This document shows, in pieces, positions 1-7,903 of a stretch of DNA of 45,260 nt. The notes beneath the pieces were generated by a model that was not told where the DNA came from, did not search any database, and saw nothing but the letters and a program-made list of their open reading frames with translations. The first letter of the stretch is position 1. Every line of letters begins with the position of its first letter. This DNA comes from Bacillota bacterium (GTDB lineage: Bacteria > Bacillota > Clostridia > Christensenellales > CAG-138), in assembly GCA_022707005.1 (NCBI GenBank), contig JAKJBL010000005.1, positions 1-45,260 of the forward strand. The letters run 5' to 3'. A program made the translations under genes and the position numbers.

Positions 1-38
1 GCGTCCTTGCGGGCGCAGTTAAGGGTTAACTATAGCAT

Positions 39-1532
39 ATGGAACGCAGCAGCGGCATTCTTCTTCCTGTTTATGCCCTGCCCTCAGAGGGCGGCATAGG
101 AACCCTTGGCAGGGCAGCCTTTGAGTTTATAGATTTTCTTTTTGCAGCGGGTCAGCGCTATTGGCAGATACTTCCCTTAGGGCCAACAGGCTACGGCGAC
201 TCACCCTATCAGTCGTTTTCGGTTTATGCAGGCAACCCGTATTTTGTTGACCCATACTTGCTTGCCGAAGATGGGCTTCTTACTAAAGACGAAATAGAGC
301 TTCATACGCCAGGCAGCAGCCCTGCATACGTGGATTATGCAGAAATCTATAAAACTCGCTTTAATCTGCTTAAACTTGCTTATGAGCGCGCAAAATTGCT
401 TGATATTTCGGATTTTGAGCGTTTTAAAGGCGAAAACCTTTCGTGGTTGCCTGATTATTCGTTTTATATGGCTCTGAAGAAACACTTTGGCATGCGCTCG
501 TGGCTTGAATGGGAGGATGAAGATATACGCTTAAGGCAGCCTGCTGCTCTGCACAGGTATTTAGTTTTGCTTGCTGAGGATATTGGCTTTTATTCATATA
601 TACAATACTGGTTTTTTAAACAATGGAATGCGCTTAGAGCCTATGCCAAGCGTTGCGGTATTAAGATAATGGGGGATATGCCCATATATGTAGCGCTCGA
701 CTCAGCAGATGTTTGGGCGCATCCTGAAAACTTTCAGCTTGATGAAAAGCTGCGACCTACTGCTGTAGCAGGCGTGCCCCCTGACTATTTTTCAAAAACT
801 GGTCAGCTTTGGGGCAACCCCCTTTACCGCTGGGGGCATATGGCAGAAGACGGCTATTTATGGTGGAAGGCACGCATGGAGGGTACTGCACGGCTCTACG
901 ATACGCTTCGAATAGACCATTTTCGGGGTTTTGAAAGCTACTGGTTGGTACCTGCTGATGAAATAACCGCAGTCAACGGCAGCTGGGTAAAAGGACCTGG
1001 GCTTGAGTTCGTCCAGATGCTTATTAAAGCAGCGCCTGAAATGGAGATAATTGCGGAAGACCTTGGTTACCTTGATGCGGATGTGCGTGCTCTCCTTGCA
1101 GCCTCCGGCCTGCCGGGCATGAAGGTGCTTGAGTTTGCATTTGATTCAAGGGAACCGAGCAACTACTTGCCTCATACATACCCGAAAAACTGTGTGTGCT
1201 ATGTTGGGACGCATGATAATACACCTGTTATGGCATGGAGGCACGAAGCCTCAAAAAGCGATGTAGAGCTTGCCATTGAGTATCTCGCTCTTACAGATGA
1301 AGAGGGCTTTAACTTTGGCATGATTCGGGGCGGGATGTCGAGCGTTGCAAAGCTAATTATAACGCAAATGCAGGATTTTCTTGGCCTTGGGGCACAAAGC
1401 CGCACAAATACCCCGGGCACACTTGGCTGCAACTGGAGGTGGCGTCTGCTTCCAGGGCAGTGCACAAAGGCGCTTGCACAAAAACTCCGCCGCATGAGCT
1501 ATATTTATGGCAGAACGAATTCTAAAGACTGA
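39..1532 (+). CDS. malQ: 4-alpha-glucanotransferase (amylomaltase, GH77)
   Basis: 497-aa ORF. N-terminal SSGILLPVYALPS...GIGTLG, YWQILPLGPTGYGDSPYQ and RIDHFRGF motifs are typical of MalQ/GH77. Confidence 0.93.
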   Translation: MERSSGILLPVYALPSEGGIGTLGRAAFEFIDFLFAAGQRYWQILPLGPTGYGDSPYQSFSVYAGNPYFVDPYLLAEDGLLTKDEIELHTPGSSPAYVDYAEIYKTRFNLLKLAYERAKLLDISDFERFKGENLSWLPDYSFYMALKKHFGMRSWLEWEDEDIRLRQPAALHRYLVLLAEDIGFYSYIQYWFFKQWNALRAYAKRCGIKIMGDMPIYVALDSADVWAHPENFQLDEKLRPTAVAGVPPDYFSKTGQLWGNPLYRWGHMAEDGYLWWKARMEGTARLYDTLRIDHFRGFESYWLVPADEITAVNGSWVKGPGLEFVQMLIKAAPEMEIIAEDLGYLDADVRALLAASGLPGMKVLEFAFDSREPSNYLPHTYPKNCVCYVGTHDNTPVMAWRHEASKSDVELAIEYLALTDEEGFNFGMIRGGMSSVAKLIITQMQDFLGLGAQSRTNTPGTLGCNWRWRLLPGQCTKALAQKLRRMSYIYGRTNSKD

Positions 1533-1562
1533 TTAAAATCCGTAATTTAAAATAAACCCAGT

Positions 1563-1750
1563 TTCCGAGCTGCATAAAATCTGGCGCTAAGATAGAAGTT
1601 CATTTTGATGATTAGTGGGGGGTGCGGGTGGCCTGAAAAAATTATCAAGCACCTGCCCGAAACGCCTGTAAGCGATGCACTGGGGTCGGCAGGATACCGC
1701 GAATTTCTTGCCTGTAATGCTTTATCTGAAATTGATGCAAAGCTCGGAGG
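1563..1750 (+). ncRNA. Structured 5' leader, candidate riboswitch (class unresolved; Moco/Tuco-like is a guess from context)
   Basis: Long-range helix: CCGAGCU-GCAU (1565-1575) pairs with AUGC-(AA bulge)-AGCUCGG (1735-1747). U-A and G.U pairs extend it to 1750, burying the GGAGG SD (1746-1750) of the GTG at 1757. Competing internal pairings: CCTGCC 1652-1657, GGCAGG 1688-1693, CTTGCC 1707-1712; GGTGC 1621-1625 with GCACC 1649-1653. Confidence 0.4.
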
Positions 1751-1756
1751 AGTAAA

Positions 1757-1921
1757 GTGTTCTTAGAAATAAAGGGTAAAAGTATAATAGAACTTGAAAT
1801 CAACGGCTGCATAGTGAGTGTTGCTATAAGACCTGCAGATACGCTTTTGTATGTTTTGCGTGAGCAGCTCGGTTTAGTTGTTTGCTTATTTCATTTGCCA
1901 TGCCTTCATAAGCTTGTTTAG
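1757..1921 (+). pseudogene. Truncated remnant of a (2Fe-2S)-binding small subunit of a xanthine dehydrogenase / aldehyde oxidoreductase-family molybdoenzyme
   Basis: GTG start 7 nt after GGAGG. The first ~40 codons read VFLEIKGKSIIELEINGCIVSVAIRPADTLLYVLREQLGL, matching the family N-terminus (INGxxVxVxVxPxxTLLxVLRExLGLTG). Similarity ends near 1876; the CGxGxCGACTV cluster motif is absent in all frames. The frame stops after 54 codons. Confidence 0.65.
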
Positions 1922-2018
1922 TTTGGCTGTCAACATCGAGCTGTGACATCATTGTATAACTTCCTTTTGCATCTTCTGCTGCAACAATACACTTTTGCAA
2001 GAAATATTTCTCGGACAT
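1824..2018 (-). CDS. Small hypothetical helical protein (64 aa), possibly DUF1657-like
   Basis: ATG preceded by GAGGTG (rc of cacctc at 2024-2029). Weak resemblance to small spore-associated DUF1657 proteins, from memory only. The last ~17 codons are antisense to the 2Fe-2S remnant. Confidence 0.45.
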   Translation of the reverse strand: MSEKYFLQKCIVAAEDAKGSYTMMSQLDVDSQTKQAYEGMANEISKQLNRAAHAKHTKAYLQVL

Positions 2019-2218
2019 ATTACACCTCTGTATCTTTATGTAACTTATTTTGTCCAGCGCCCTTTAAAAGTAACCATAAAAACGGATAAGGGAGTTAAGT
2101 ATTAGCTGCATGCACGCACAAGCCTTACCATAGTTTAAAGCTGTATGCTTAAGGCGGGCAGAATAAAGCTTTAGCACGAAAGCAAAAGCATTGTTAGTCA
2201 ATAATTTAAGCTGTTTAG

Positions 2219-3298
2219 TTAAAGCAGAATATGTATATCGTCCGGTCCAAAAGCCAGACCGCATGATTCGCCTTCTTGATATATGCGGCGGTTCTTTGGG
2301 TTATGTACAGTGAGCTTTACAAGCGTTTTACCAACCAGTACATGATAGTTTTGATACGACCCCATAAAGCATGAGAGCACAACCTTACAAGGCAGACCGC
2401 CTTTATCTATAAGATTGCCGGATTCAGGCCTGAGTACAAGTGAGTATTCCCTGCCAATCTCCATCCCTGCCTGGACTGCCACCTTTATTGGATTGCCTTC
2501 TACTTGCAATAAAGCAAAGTCATCCTTGATTTCAACTGCAACGCCGTTTAGGAAGTTTGCCTCACCTATAAAATCTGCCACAAACTCGCTGTTTGGGTGG
2601 TAGTATATTTCCTGAGGTGTGCCCTTTTGCGTTATAATGCCTTTATTCATGATTATAATATCATCTGAAATAGCCATAGCTTCGCTTTGGTCATGCGTTA
2701 CATAGATGGCAGTTATGCCGACCTCTTGCTGAATCCGCCGAATTTCAGTGCGCATTGAAACGCGCAGTTTAGCATCGAGGTTGCTTAGCGGCTCATCAAA
2801 GAGCAGAACTGAAGGTTCAATTACCAACGCCCGCGCTAAAGCTACCCGCTGCTGCTGACCGCCTGAAAGCTGATGCGTCATTCGGCTTTCCATCCCGTCT
2901 AATTCTACTAATGCAAGAATATCCATCACCCTGCGGTGGAGCTCTTCTTTTTGGATTTTGCGCAGCTTTAGACCATAGGCTACATTGTCGAACACGTTGT
3001 AGTGTGGCAGAAGGGCATAGCTTTGAAAAACCATAGCTGTATCGCGCTTGTTAGGGGTCAATGCATTTATAGGCTGGTCACCTAAATAGATTTCGCCCTC
3101 ATCCGGGCTTTCAAAGCCTGCTATCATGCGCAGGGTTGTAGTCTTTCCGCAACCCGAAGGCCCTAATAGCGTAACAAATGAACCTGGCTCAATAGTCAGA
3201 GAAGCATCTTTTACTGCGTAGAAGTCCTTGCCCGTTTTGGGATCCTTATATATTTTTGATATATGCTCTAAACGAACGCCCTTTTTAATTTTACCCAT
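2219..3298 (-). CDS. ABC transporter ATP-binding protein (FbpC/PotA-type importer ATPase)
   Basis: Walker A GPSGCGKTT, signature LSGGQQQRVALARAL, Walker B LLFDEPLS, and a C-terminal TOBE-like regulatory domain. AAGGAG RBS. The ATG overlaps the permease stop (ATGGGTAA). Confidence 0.93.
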   Translation of the reverse strand: MGKIKKGVRLEHISKIYKDPKTGKDFYAVKDASLTIEPGSFVTLLGPSGCGKTTTLRMIAGFESPDEGEIYLGDQPINALTPNKRDTAMVFQSYALLPHYNVFDNVAYGLKLRKIQKEELHRRVMDILALVELDGMESRMTHQLSGGQQQRVALARALVIEPSVLLFDEPLSNLDAKLRVSMRTEIRRIQQEVGITAIYVTHDQSEAMAISDDIIIMNKGIITQKGTPQEIYYHPNSEFVADFIGEANFLNGVAVEIKDDFALLQVEGNPIKVAVQAGMEIGREYSLVLRPESGNLIDKGGLPCKVVLSCFMGSYQNYHVLVGKTLVKLTVHNPKNRRIYQEGESCGLAFGPDDIHILL

Positions 3299-5012
3299 TA
3301 TTTAAGCTCTCCTTGATTTGTTTGCTGGTGCCAAAATGCTTTATAAAGAGGTTCATCAGCAATACCGAACTATATGTTATGAGAATGAGGATGGTTGCAA
3401 AGGCACACGCTACGCTGAAGGCTCCCTTTTCCGCAAATTCGTTGATTTGTACTGTTATTAGAAGAAACTGCGGTGTAACTAAGAGAATTATAGCAGAAAT
3501 GGCAGTAATGCTGCGAACAAAGGCTGTAACCAGGCCGCTTAGAAACGAATCTTTTATAAGCGGCAGTGTTACCGTCATAAAGACCCTGAAGCTGTCTGCG
3601 CCCATATCGTAGGCAGATTCCTCAATGCTCTTATCGATTTGCCTTAAAGCGGAGATGCCGCTTCGGGTGCCTGTAGGAAGGCTGCGTACAACAAACACAA
3701 TTATAAGAATTAACGCAGTCCCATAGATTCCCTGTAAAAAGCCTGTATGGAAGACTCCTCCGGAAAAGCCGCGAATGTAGCCTACACCGAGTACTGTGCC
3801 CGGCACAGCCATAGCAAGCATTGAAACGGCTTCAATAAAGCCCTTTGTACTGAATCGCTTTTTTACTACGATATATGAGATTATCATAGATAATAGTGCG
3901 GTTATAGGAGCTGAAACCAAAGAGAGCAGAAAAGAATCCCGAAAGGCAACAAATCCGTGATAGCGGGTAAAAACCAAGTTAAACCATTTAAATGTAAGCG
4001 GCGTAAATTTATAGCCCCAAGTTGGGAAGAGCGCACCTATTGGAACGCAAATATACATTAAAATTACAAAAGTGGCAGCAAGAGCGCACATGGCTTTGAG
4101 CGGAACAGTCACGCTCCTGTCCTCAATGAGCATGCGGCCTCTCGAGGCTTTACCTGTGAGTGTTGCTGCTGTTTTTGCTTCAAGATAATATTTTTGCACT
4201 GCGAACATAAGCAGTGTTATTGACAATAGTACTACTGCCATGGCTGCAGCGCCAACCTTGTCGTATGCCCCGGTAATCTGCAAGTATATCGTAGTTGCAA
4301 GCGTATCGTAGGAACCGCCAATAATCATGGGGTTTGCAAAATCGGCAATTGATTCAATGAAAGTAACAAGAAACGCATTGCCAAGACCGGGCAGAAGCAG
4401 GGGCAAAGTCACATTAATAAATACTCTAAATCGGCTTGCACCCATGTCTCTTGCTGCTTCTTCTAAAGAGGGGTCAATATTTTTAAGCAGCCCTCTGAGC
4501 ATCATATAACATACCGGGAAAAATGTTAACGTTTGTACAACTACAATACCCCAGAAGCCATACACGCTGTTATCATATATGCCCAAAAGAAAACGTGTAA
4601 TGAGACCTGCTTTTCCAAAAAGCATGATAACAGACAGGCTAAGTACAAAGGGCGGTGAAACCACAGGCAGCATAGAGACCATTTTAAAAAGGCCGCCCAC
4701 TCCTTTGCCTACTTTTACATAAACCTCGACATAGGCGAACAAGAGCCCAATCAATGTTGAGAGAATGCCGACAAGAATGCCGACATTTAAAGTGTTGGTG
4801 ATTGCCTTGCGGAATGTTGGCATATCAAGGACGCGCTTAAATACATCAAACGTCAGCCCGTTGTTTCCTATGAAGCTGTCTACCAGAAGAATGGCAAGCG
4901 GATAAAGGATAAATAAAGCTAAGAAAGTAATGAGCAAAACGATGGTTGTAACCATAACCGGGTCAGCCATCAGTTTTTTCCGTTCCAGCGCTACGCTCTG
5001 GCTCTTTGCCAT
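3291..5012 (-). CDS. Fused two-domain ABC permease (FbpB/iron(III)-type)
   Basis: Two EAA-loop regions (LEEAARDMGASRFRVFINVTLPLL and IEESAYDMGADSFRVFMTVTLPLI), about 12 TM segments. Start moved to MAKSQS (5012), which follows AAAGGAG; the track's upstream ATG has no SD. Confidence 0.9.
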   Translation of the reverse strand: MAKSQSVALERKKLMADPVMVTTIVLLITFLALFILYPLAILLVDSFIGNNGLTFDVFKRVLDMPTFRKAITNTLNVGILVGILSTLIGLLFAYVEVYVKVGKGVGGLFKMVSMLPVVSPPFVLSLSVIMLFGKAGLITRFLLGIYDNSVYGFWGIVVVQTLTFFPVCYMMLRGLLKNIDPSLEEAARDMGASRFRVFINVTLPLLLPGLGNAFLVTFIESIADFANPMIIGGSYDTLATTIYLQITGAYDKVGAAAMAVVLLSITLLMFAVQKYYLEAKTAATLTGKASRGRMLIEDRSVTVPLKAMCALAATFVILMYICVPIGALFPTWGYKFTPLTFKWFNLVFTRYHGFVAFRDSFLLSLVSAPITALLSMIISYIVVKKRFSTKGFIEAVSMLAMAVPGTVLGVGYIRGFSGGVFHTGFLQGIYGTALILIIVFVVRSLPTGTRSGISALRQIDKSIEESAYDMGADSFRVFMTVTLPLIKDSFLSGLVTAFVRSITAISAIILLVTPQFLLITVQINEFAEKGAFSVACAFATILILITYSSVLLMNLFIKHFGTSKQIKESLNNG

Positions 5013-5071
5013 GGAGCACTCCTTTCTATTAAAGGGGTGGGTATAGAACAAGAAATGGTATTAAGGTGAGA

Positions 5072-5117
5072 TGTTAAAAATATGGGGGACGGCGGGATTT
5101 TCCGCTATCCCCCATAT
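5072..5117 (-). terminator. Intra-operon stem-loop / partial intrinsic terminator between the SBP and permease genes
   Basis: ATATGGGGGA (5080-5089) pairs perfectly with TCCCCCATAT (5108-5117), enclosing an inner GCGG/CCGC pairing. On the transcribed (minus) strand the stem is followed by ATTTTTAAC. Confidence 0.6.
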
Positions 5118-5131
5118 AGGCTAAATGAAGT

Positions 5132-6277
5132 TTACTCAGTCTTGAAACGGTCATCACCGCCGCCAAGGGCGTTCATAACCTCTTTTATGTATGTAGTAAT
5201 ATTCTTTGTGGCATCCTCAAAATCGTATTTCATAACGTTTTCGGGGTCGAGTCCGAATTCGGCAGCCTGGGGTGGCTGCTCTACGTTGTCAATAACCAAA
5301 AACTGGTAGGAGCCGTTATCTACAGCCAAGCCAACGCATTCAGGAGAGAGTGCGTATTCAATCCATAGTTTGGCTGCGTTTGGATGAGCACAGCCCTTGA
5401 AGATTGCAGTCGCGCCAATTTCAAAAGAAGTACCGCTTGAGGGGATAACCAGCTGAATGTTTTCATAGCCATTATCGACGATTTGGGTAATTCCATCATG
5501 GAGGAACCCAATGCCGACTACGCATTCGCCTGTGCCCACATTTTTGGAGGGACCGGAACCAGATTTGGTGTAGACTTCTATGTTTTTGTCAAGGTCGACA
5601 AGATACTGGATTCCCGCATCATGACCCTTTTTCTGAATCATTGTGTTTATGACCAGCTTTGCAGTACCTGCGGTATTATAGTTTGAAAGCCAAACAAGTC
5701 CTTTATACTGCGGGTCAAGCAAATCATCCCAATCTGCCGGGACCGGCAAGTTCATGCGGTTGAGTTCATCGATATTGACCATGAACCCGAGAATCCCTTT
5801 GTAAATTCCGTACCAATAGCCATCCGCATGGCGGTACATATCGCTTAAAAGATGAGAAGCATTCTTTGCATCATAAGCCTCAAGCAGACCTTCGCTCGCG
5901 CAGACATTATAAGGGTCTGTTGTGCCGCCGAACCAAACGTCAGCTGAGGGATTGCCGTTTTCTTCTTCAATTTTTGCCTGGACTTCTCCAGTTGAGAGGC
6001 GCTGGTATTCAACCTTAATGCCATACAGCCTTTCAAAGCCTTGGCACGCGGCTGCGAGGTATTCTTCTTCGCAAGAGCCGTAAACAACAAGGGTGCCATC
6101 AGCTTTTGCTGCTTCAAGCAAGGCTTCTTCTTCAGAAGGCTCAGCAGGCGCAGGTTCAGGTGCAGGCGCTGCTGGTGCAGGCTCGGGAGCTGCCGGCGCT
6201 GCAGGCGCAGGCTGGCTGCAGGCGAATAGAGACAGAACCATCATGATGCACACGATGAGCGCAAGGGCTTTTTTCAT
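5132..6277 (-). CDS. ABC transporter substrate-binding lipoprotein (family-1 SBP, iron(III)/polyamine-like)
   Basis: Signal peptide plus lipobox MKKALALIVCIMMVLSLFAC, a Pro/Ala linker, then an SBP fold. Start moved to the ATG at 6277, which follows GGAGGA with a 7-nt spacer. Confidence 0.88.
   Translation of the reverse strand: MKKALALIVCIMMVLSLFACSQPAPAAPAAPEPAPAAPAPEPAPAEPSEEEALLEAAKADGTLVVYGSCEEEYLAAACQGFERLYGIKVEYQRLSTGEVQAKIEEENGNPSADVWFGGTTDPYNVCASEGLLEAYDAKNASHLLSDMYRHADGYWYGIYKGILGFMVNIDELNRMNLPVPADWDDLLDPQYKGLVWLSNYNTAGTAKLVINTMIQKKGHDAGIQYLVDLDKNIEVYTKSGSGPSKNVGTGECVVGIGFLHDGITQIVDNGYENIQLVIPSSGTSFEIGATAIFKGCAHPNAAKLWIEYALSPECVGLAVDNGSYQFLVIDNVEQPPQAAEFGLDPENVMKYDFEDATKNITTYIKEVMNALGGGDDRFKTE
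6137..6211 (-). repeat. Low-complexity Pro/Ala-rich linker coding repeat (PAPAAPAAPEPAPAAPAPEPAPAEP)
   Basis: Visible GCAGGCGC/GCTGC(C/T)GG reiteration on the plus strand. Encodes the tether between the lipidated Cys and the SBP domain. Confidence 0.8.
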
Positions 6278-6343
6278 TTGTTGTTCCTCCATATTATTTT
6301 ACACACGCAAAGCGATTGCTACGCGTAGTGAAGTGATACTGGA

Positions 6344-6372
6344 ATTTTATACCCTAACCTATATGGTGTCAA
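6344..6372 (-). promoter_or_regulatory. Sigma-A-type promoter of the ABC importer operon
   Basis: Minus strand reads TTGACA (rc of 6367-6372), 17 nt, TAAAAT (rc of 6344-6349). About 65 nt upstream of the SBP start. Confidence 0.6.
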
Positions 6373-6392
6373 TGTTTAGCATACATTATAAA

Positions 6393-7094
6393 TTATATCC
6401 ACCCTGTTGTGACATCTCCAGCAAATACTACCTGCTCTTTTAAGGTCAGTTCATGGCAGATTTCGGTTGCTTCGGTCTCGCTGCCAAGTGGCACTTCAAC
6501 TTCAAGACCTAAATGATTTTCAAATCCGCTTTGGGGCGGTATGATATGAAATGCCGTTATCTTATAGTATTCTTTTAAATACAATAAGAAAGCGTTGAGC
6601 TGCTCCGGCTCCTTTAGCTCGAGATAAAGGGTTGGATTACGGTGCACTTTGATATTTCGTTCCATAAAAGGGAAGAGCGCGTTGGTAATGATCACCAGCA
6701 GCATTGTAAGCAGCGCAGCTTCATAGTAGCCTATGCCTATTGCCAAGCCAATGGCTGCAGTAGCCCAAAGACCTGCAGCAGTAGTAAGCCCCATTACCTG
6801 GGTATGACTCCGTATAAGAATCATGCCAGCGCCCAAAAAGCCAATACCGGAGATTACTTGGGCTCCTACACGCAAAGGGTCTGTGCCAAAATCCAATACT
6901 TCCGTTGTATAAAGACCTATTAAAGCGGAAAGGGCTGCACCCAGACATACTAGTATATGTGTACGCATACCTGCGGCTCGCCCTCTGCGACCTCGTTCCA
7001 TGCCTATAAATCCCCCAAGCATGGTTGCAAGCAACAGCCTGAAAGCTGCAGTAAAAAGCGTAAGTGAACGCAATGCGCTTAAAATATCGCCCAT
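6393..7094 (-). CDS. mgtC: MgtC/SapB family membrane protein
   Basis: 233 aa. N-terminal 4-5 TM MgtC domain (GMERGRRGRAAGMRTHILVCLGAAL...AQVISGIGFLGAGMI) plus a soluble C-terminal domain. Confidence 0.85.
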   Translation of the reverse strand: MGDILSALRSLTLFTAAFRLLLATMLGGFIGMERGRRGRAAGMRTHILVCLGAALSALIGLYTTEVLDFGTDPLRVGAQVISGIGFLGAGMILIRSHTQVMGLTTAAGLWATAAIGLAIGIGYYEAALLTMLLVIITNALFPFMERNIKVHRNPTLYLELKEPEQLNAFLLYLKEYYKITAFHIIPPQSGFENHLGLEVEVPLGSETEATEICHELTLKEQVVFAGDVTTGWI

Positions 7095-7280
7095 GTATGC
7101 CCTCTTGGGGTTTTAATTGCAGGGAGTTATAATATGTGCATACTACCATGTTATACCGGCTGGGTCAACGAATGGCAGAGAATCTTTTAATCAACAGTTG
7201 CACCCGCCTGCAGGATATTATCAAATGAAAACGAAATATTGTTTTTTGTGTTATACTGAGTTTTGTATGAGGCAGGAAAT

Positions 7281-7877
7281 ATGAACCTGATAATAGCAAC
7301 TAATAATAAGAATAAAGCGCAGGAAATCCGGATGATTCTTGGCGGGTATTTTCTTGTTGCTAAAACAATTGATGAAGCGGGGATTGCGCTCGAAGTTGTA
7401 GAAGACGGAGTGAGTTTTTGCGAAAATGCAATAAAAAAAGCTGAAGAAATCTTGGCAGCAGCTGAGGATTTCGAGGCAGCTTTAGCAGATGACAGCGGCC
7501 TTGCTGTAGACGCGCTTGGGGGCGCGCCGGGCATTTACAGCGCCAGGTATGCAAATAGCGGACATGATGATAGCGCAAACAATGAAAAACTGCTAAGAGA
7601 AATGGCAGGCGTTTCAAACAGGACATGCCGCTTTGTTTGTGCTGTTGCGCTTGCAAGGCGCGGGAAGCCGACGCTATGTGTTGAAGGCGCCTGCGAAGGC
7701 GTACTCCTTGCTGAGCCTGCAGGTGAGGGCGGGTTCGGGTATGACCCTCTATTTTATTATAAGCCTGCAAAATGCTCTTTTGCTCAAATGGCAAAAGAGC
7801 AAAAAAATAAAATAAGCCATAGACGAGCTGCGCTTGAACTGCTAAAGGACAGGCTGGCGCTCGAGGAGCAAGAATAA
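7281..7877 (+). CDS. rdgB: Non-canonical purine NTP pyrophosphatase (dITP/XTP pyrophosphatase, RdgB/HAM1)
   Basis: MNLIIATNNKNKAQEI and GEGGFGYDPLF motifs. ATG at 7281 chosen over the track's upstream TTG. Confidence 0.9.
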   Translation: MNLIIATNNKNKAQEIRMILGGYFLVAKTIDEAGIALEVVEDGVSFCENAIKKAEEILAAAEDFEAALADDSGLAVDALGGAPGIYSARYANSGHDDSANNEKLLREMAGVSNRTCRFVCAVALARRGKPTLCVEGACEGVLLAEPAGEGGFGYDPLFYYKPAKCSFAQMAKEQKNKISHRRAALELLKDRLALEEQE

Positions 7878-7903
7878 AGCCTTTTAAAAAATCACTGTAA
7901 CAG

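Noticed and set aside
1563-1750. Assigning the leader to the cobalamin or purine riboswitch class (GCACTGG and CCCGAAAC..CTGTAAGCG resemble parts of B12 elements).
   Set aside because: The core GGGAA...GGTG.GAA.TCC segment and a proper B12 box are absent. There is no purine-riboswitch three-way junction sequence. The resemblance is too fragmentary.
1608-1766. 52-codon ORF (MISGGCGWPEKIIKHLPETPVSDALG...) inside the structured leader.
   Set aside because: No SD before the ATG. It spans the proposed RNA helices and runs through the SD and GTG of the remnant, and no family is recognisable. The RNA interpretation fits better.
2064-2264. 66-aa minus-strand ORF overlapping the 3' end of the ABC ATPase gene.
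   Set aside because: No SD, it overlaps the ATPase stop region, and its composition is not protein-like. Likely chance.
6041-6443. Plus-strand ORFs 6041-6229 and 6093-6443, rich in Ala/Gly/Ser/Arg/Cys.
   Set aside because: They are antisense shadows of the GC-rich Pro/Ala linker of the SBP gene. They lack an SD and extend across the SBP promoter.
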